Position numbers and translations under genes: made by a program
Notes under the pieces: generated by a model
The model's input: only the letters and a program-made list of their open reading frames with translations
Database searches by the model: none
What the model was told of the DNA's origin: nothing
DNA from: Patescibacteria group bacterium
Lineage (GTDB): Bacteria; Patescibacteriota; UBA1384; CAJBMM01
Reading direction: 5' to 3'
Length of the DNA: 64,000 nt
NCBI GenBank assembly: GCA_041660565.1
Contig: JBAZWC010000001.1
Location: forward strand, 238,481-302,480
In this document: positions 60,531 to 64,000 of the stretch, piece after piece
Numbering within the stretch: position 1 is the first letter of the stretch
Layout: each line of letters opens with the position of its first letter

Positions 60531-63470
60531 TTATATTACCTTAAACCGGATGGAAAATAAGGGCGTGAGCGTTGTTTTCTGCTTAAGTTGAGCTTCTACT
60601 CTTTCAAGAAGCCCCTCTTTTTTGGTTTCAACCTCATCCTGTGATTGATAAAGTTTCATGCGCATATTGTTCCGTTTCTTTTCAGTGTCTTTAATCTCGC
60701 GTTGAAGTTTAACTTTTTCTGCTAGATTTAAGACCTTTTTCGCATTTGTCTTCATTGTTTTTATATCAATATCGAGTCGCTTCAGCTCTATTTCTAAACT
60801 TTTTTTCATATCCTCTGCCCATTTATCGAGCTTGTCTACTTCATCTTCAAAGAACTCACCATTACGTTCGGCAATATCAATAGTGAGACCATTTACCTTT
60901 TCCTGTTCCAATTGTTGTACTTCTGCATTTACTGTTACTACATTATTCTGGGCAACCTCTGCCTTCAAGGAAAATAGCTTTTTCGCCACATCTTCATCAA
61001 TTTGAGTCCCATCATCCGTTAGAGCAGTTAATATGAGATTATCTTCGGTTTCAAATGAGCCAATGGTGAGCTCTGATACTTGCAGATAACCAGAAGTGCC
61101 TACCAGCTCACTTACTGGGGTAATAATCTGTCCGTGGTTTGAATAATCGAATACGAGTTCGGCGCTGGGTAGATTAATTGCTTTGACTTCACGCAAAATA
61201 TGCTCGGCCAGTGGATGGCCTGGGCGATAGATATGCGCGTCATCAATATTTTTGCCAATTTTATATGGGCCTTCTTCAATGTCTTCACCGGGGAATGGAT
61301 TATTTTTTAGTGTAAAAGAGTATTCGCCATCAGCATATATTGCTCTGTTTCCTAAATAGTGCTGTGAAACATCCCAGAGCCACTTTTCATATGTTTCTAG
61401 AAAAGCCTTGCTCTCTCGTAAATTGATTTTTAGTTTTTCATGAACATCAGCATCGAAGTTCTCCAGAAGCTTTTCTTTAGCGCCACGCATACCTTCTTGA
61501 ATCGACTCGTCCATTTCTGTCTGCAGGGCATCAAAAGCAGTGTTTATCTCTACCTCTGTACGGCAAGACTGATATATTGCAGCGATTCGTTTTTCAAAAT
61601 CTACACCAGATTCAATACTTCCAAGTACTTCATCACTTGCCCCAAATACCCCTTTAAAAAGTTTGAATTTTTGATCAAGAAGTTCGTAAACGCGCTGATC
61701 GGCAGCGTTCTTGCGGTTTACAAAATTTACCACAACCACATCGTGCTTTTGGCCATAACGATGACAGCGACCGATTCTTTGCTCAATTCTTTGCGGGTTC
61801 CACGGGAGATCATAATTAATAACTAGTGAACAGAATTGTAGGTTAATGCCTTCAGCTGCAGCTTCCGTCGCAATCATTATTTCCGCATCAGATTTGAAAT
61901 AGTCTACCAGAGCTGCACGTAGGTCTGCGGTCTTTGACCCTGTAATTTTGTCACTATCAGCGTTTTTCTTAAGCCATTCAGCGTAAATATCTTTGGATTT
62001 CTGATCATTATTAGAGCCGTTAAATAGCAGTATTTTATCTTTGTAGCCGATATCTGATAGTAAATCCCATAGATATTTTTGAGTGATAGTAGATTCAGTA
62101 AAGATTACCGCTTTTTTCTGGGCTCCAAGCGTTGCGGTCATTTCAAAACCTTTTTCTAATGCAATAAGCAGGGATTCTCCTTTGGAATTTTTGAAAATTG
62201 CTTTGGCCAAATCTCTAAACTTTTCCAAATCCTTTTTTTCTGTTTTGATATGAGGAATATCTTCAAGCGTGTATTTCTTCTTAGCTTTTCCTTTACCCTC
62301 AGGCTCATCTTCCTCATCATCAATCCACTCGTCTGCTGTATCCGCAAGCGCCTCATAATTTTCAGCAAGATCGAACGGGAGTTCATCATTTATAGTCTTG
62401 GACTCTTCTCGGATCTCTTCCTCCAATTTTTCAAGTTTATAAACCAGGCCATTCAAGGTGCTGGCAATTGCAAAAGAAGATGAGGCGAGAAGCTTACGCA
62501 AAATTAGCGTCATAAGTTGACGTTGGCTGTATGGGAGCGCGTATAGCTTTGGCCGCTGTAAATATTCTGACATACCATCATATAGCTCAATCTCTTGATC
62601 GGTAGGCACGTAATCTTGGGTGATTGGCTTGCGATCACGAAAATTTATGTATTCCAAAACCTGACGTCGTAAGGTGCGGATACAGATTGGTCTCAATCTG
62701 GCGCGCAAATCAGCGAACATTTCCTGCTTTGGCTCTACTAAACCTAACTCCCCATCGTAAATATCTTGTTCACGGGATACTTTAGCGTAGTTTGCTTTGA
62801 AGCTTTCTAGATCACCGAAGATATGGTCATCAATAATACTGGTAAGGCCGTATAGCTCTAATAATGAGTTTTGGAGTGGAGTCGCCGTAAGTAATAATTT
62901 GGGATATTCCTGAATTGCGTCCTTAATTTCTCTTGCAATTTTGTTGCTTGTTTTATAGACATTGCGCAGTCGGTGTGCCTCATCGATTACTACCAAGTCG
63001 AAAGTTGTCTGGCGGATATACGCTGATTTACCTTTGGCAAAATGGTATGAGCAAATAACAATCGCGTCTTCTTGGCTGAAGGGATTAAGATTGCCGGCTT
63101 TTATGATTTGATTAAATGATTTAGTCTCCAGAATTAGTGAGGGTAGAAAGAATTTTTCTTGGAGCTCACTGTTCCACTGCTTTCTAAGGCTTGATGGAAC
63201 TATTAAAAGTATTTTTCTTTTTCGTTCAGCCCACTTTTGAGATAAAACCAAACCAGCTTCAATGGTTTTCCCCAAACCAACCTCGTCTGCAAGAATTGCT
63301 CCTTTTGATAAGGGTGATTTAAAGGCGAACAGAGCGGCCTCTATCTGGTGAGGGTTTAGATCAACCTGTGCGTTTGAAAGCGTAGAAGATAGTTTTTCAA
63401 GACTATTTGACGGGCTGCGCTTGGTCAGCTCGTAAGCAAAGTATTTTGCATGATAATCGGTTAATTTCAT
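60531..63470 (-). CDS. SNF2-family helicase (DrmD-like)
   Basis: ILADEVGLGKTIEA, VVIDEAHRLRN, LLLTATPLQNS, NPQRIEQRIGRCHRYGQKHDVVVVNFV. Confidence 0.85.
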   Translation of the reverse strand: MKLTDYHAKYFAYELTKRSPSNSLEKLSSTLSNAQVDLNPHQIEAALFAFKSPLSKGAILADEVGLGKTIEAGLVLSQKWAERKRKILLIVPSSLRKQWNSELQEKFFLPSLILETKSFNQIIKAGNLNPFSQEDAIVICSYHFAKGKSAYIRQTTFDLVVIDEAHRLRNVYKTSNKIAREIKDAIQEYPKLLLTATPLQNSLLELYGLTSIIDDHIFGDLESFKANYAKVSREQDIYDGELGLVEPKQEMFADLRARLRPICIRTLRRQVLEYINFRDRKPITQDYVPTDQEIELYDGMSEYLQRPKLYALPYSQRQLMTLILRKLLASSSFAIASTLNGLVYKLEKLEEEIREESKTINDELPFDLAENYEALADTADEWIDDEEDEPEGKGKAKKKYTLEDIPHIKTEKKDLEKFRDLAKAIFKNSKGESLLIALEKGFEMTATLGAQKKAVIFTESTITQKYLWDLLSDIGYKDKILLFNGSNNDQKSKDIYAEWLKKNADSDKITGSKTADLRAALVDYFKSDAEIMIATEAAAEGINLQFCSLVINYDLPWNPQRIEQRIGRCHRYGQKHDVVVVNFVNRKNAADQRVYELLDQKFKLFKGVFGASDEVLGSIESGVDFEKRIAAIYQSCRTEVEINTAFDALQTEMDESIQEGMRGAKEKLLENFDADVHEKLKINLRESKAFLETYEKWLWDVSQHYLGNRAIYADGEYSFTLKNNPFPGEDIEEGPYKIGKNIDDAHIYRPGHPLAEHILREVKAINLPSAELVFDYSNHGQIITPVSELVGTSGYLQVSELTIGSFETEDNLILTALTDDGTQIDEDVAKKLFSLKAEVAQNNVVTVNAEVQQLEQEKVNGLTIDIAERNGEFFEDEVDKLDKWAEDMKKSLEIELKRLDIDIKTMKTNAKKVLNLAEKVKLQREIKDTEKKRNNMRMKLYQSQDEVETKKEGLLERVEAQLKQKTTLTPLFSIRFKVI

Positions 63471-63523
63471 TTCAAGCTTAATATACTCTTTTTGTTCGTG
63501 AATGTTAAATCAGCTTATTCTGG

Positions 63524-63781
63524 TTAACTACGTCGGTTGTCATAAAATCCAGACGGAGATGGCGACGCCGAGATCTGTATTCCTGATGTAGAAGCGATGC
63601 GAGCACCACCATAGTGATGCGTTGAGTATTGCGCAATCTCAACATGTTCAAAATACCCAATTATTTTGCAATTTGAGCTATAGCACCATTTACATATTAA
63701 CTCCCCAGCTGATGTGCCAGCACTGAATATTATGATGGCCGCGCCGCATGTAAAACACCAAACAATTGGATTAATTTTCAT
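63524..63781 (-). CDS. small Cys-rich putative membrane protein upstream of the SNF2 gene; may be spurious
   Basis: 85 aa, one TM helix, 53-nt gap to the SNF2 start on the same strand. Confidence 0.25.
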   Translation of the reverse strand: MKINPIVWCFTCGAAIIIFSAGTSAGELICKWCYSSNCKIIGYFEHVEIAQYSTHHYGGARIASTSGIQISASPSPSGFYDNRRS

Positions 63782-63904
63782 TTTTTTCCTTTCCTTTTAA
63801 TCTGTCTGACATTTCATTATAAGTGAGTCCGCGGACTATATCCACTTTTTTGCGCTATGTCAATATGCTCTGGCTCGTGGAAGAAAAGTCAAATCAAAAA
63901 TCTT

Positions 63905-63986
63905 TTATATAGGTTCCGGATACTCCTCGCGGCCTTGCGGCCGGAGTCGTTAGTTCCTAACGGAACAATCAAGTCCGGAATGACAC
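63905..63986. repeat. second copy of the ~76-nt structured element type C
   Basis: GGTTCCGGATACTCC ... GTTCCtaacGGAAC ... CAAGTCCGGAATGACAC; hairpin stem differs from the 42212 copy by a compensatory pair. Confidence 0.6.
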
Positions 63987-64000
63987 GAGTAGCGTCTGGA

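Noticed and set aside
1-64000. CRISPR arrays or rRNA genes
   Set aside because: No regularly spaced direct repeats with unique spacers and no rRNA-like conserved stretches seen; the repeats present are palindromic singletons, not arrays

Overview
Low-GC (~40%) bacterial window. The gene content (no L30, compact AspRS without a GAD insertion, type IV pilin, giant surface proteins) is consistent with a reduced Patescibacteria/CPR-like genome; the lineage call is inference. From ~18.9 kb to ~50.6 kb the minus strand carries an almost complete ribosomal/translation cluster, interrupted by three insertions: a LysM gene between secY and adk; a pilin gene plus a GC-rich 3-gene island between fusA and rpsG; and a GIY-YIG cassette. 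The 5' part of the window has cell-wall genes (murF-like, ddl), a His-less sensor-kinase-like protein, tRNA-Ala(GGC), two huge repeat-containing surface proteins, an APH-family phosphotransferase, and aspS/pheT/pheS. Upstream of rpoB (50.6-63.8 kb) lies an accessory region: two GC-rich mini-gene cassettes, dense palindromic repeat elements, and a tightly packed 5-gene minus-strand operon (SNF2 helicase, beta-class DNA methyltransferase, Type III Res-like helicase-nuclease, PHP-SMC/Rad50-like ATPase fusion, Cas4-like PD-(D/E)xK nuclease). That operon looks like an unusual hybrid defense system and is the most interesting candidate here. Other observations: a family of GTCATTCCGG...CCGGAATCTATA palindromic intergenic elements; ~76-nt structured elements with compensatory hairpin changes; a GIY-YIG gene sitting in the loop of a palindromic element that also exists empty elsewhere; synonymously recoded relic copies of gene 3' ends (aspS, rplN); and an adk gene whose P-loop lies upstream of any canonical start codon.
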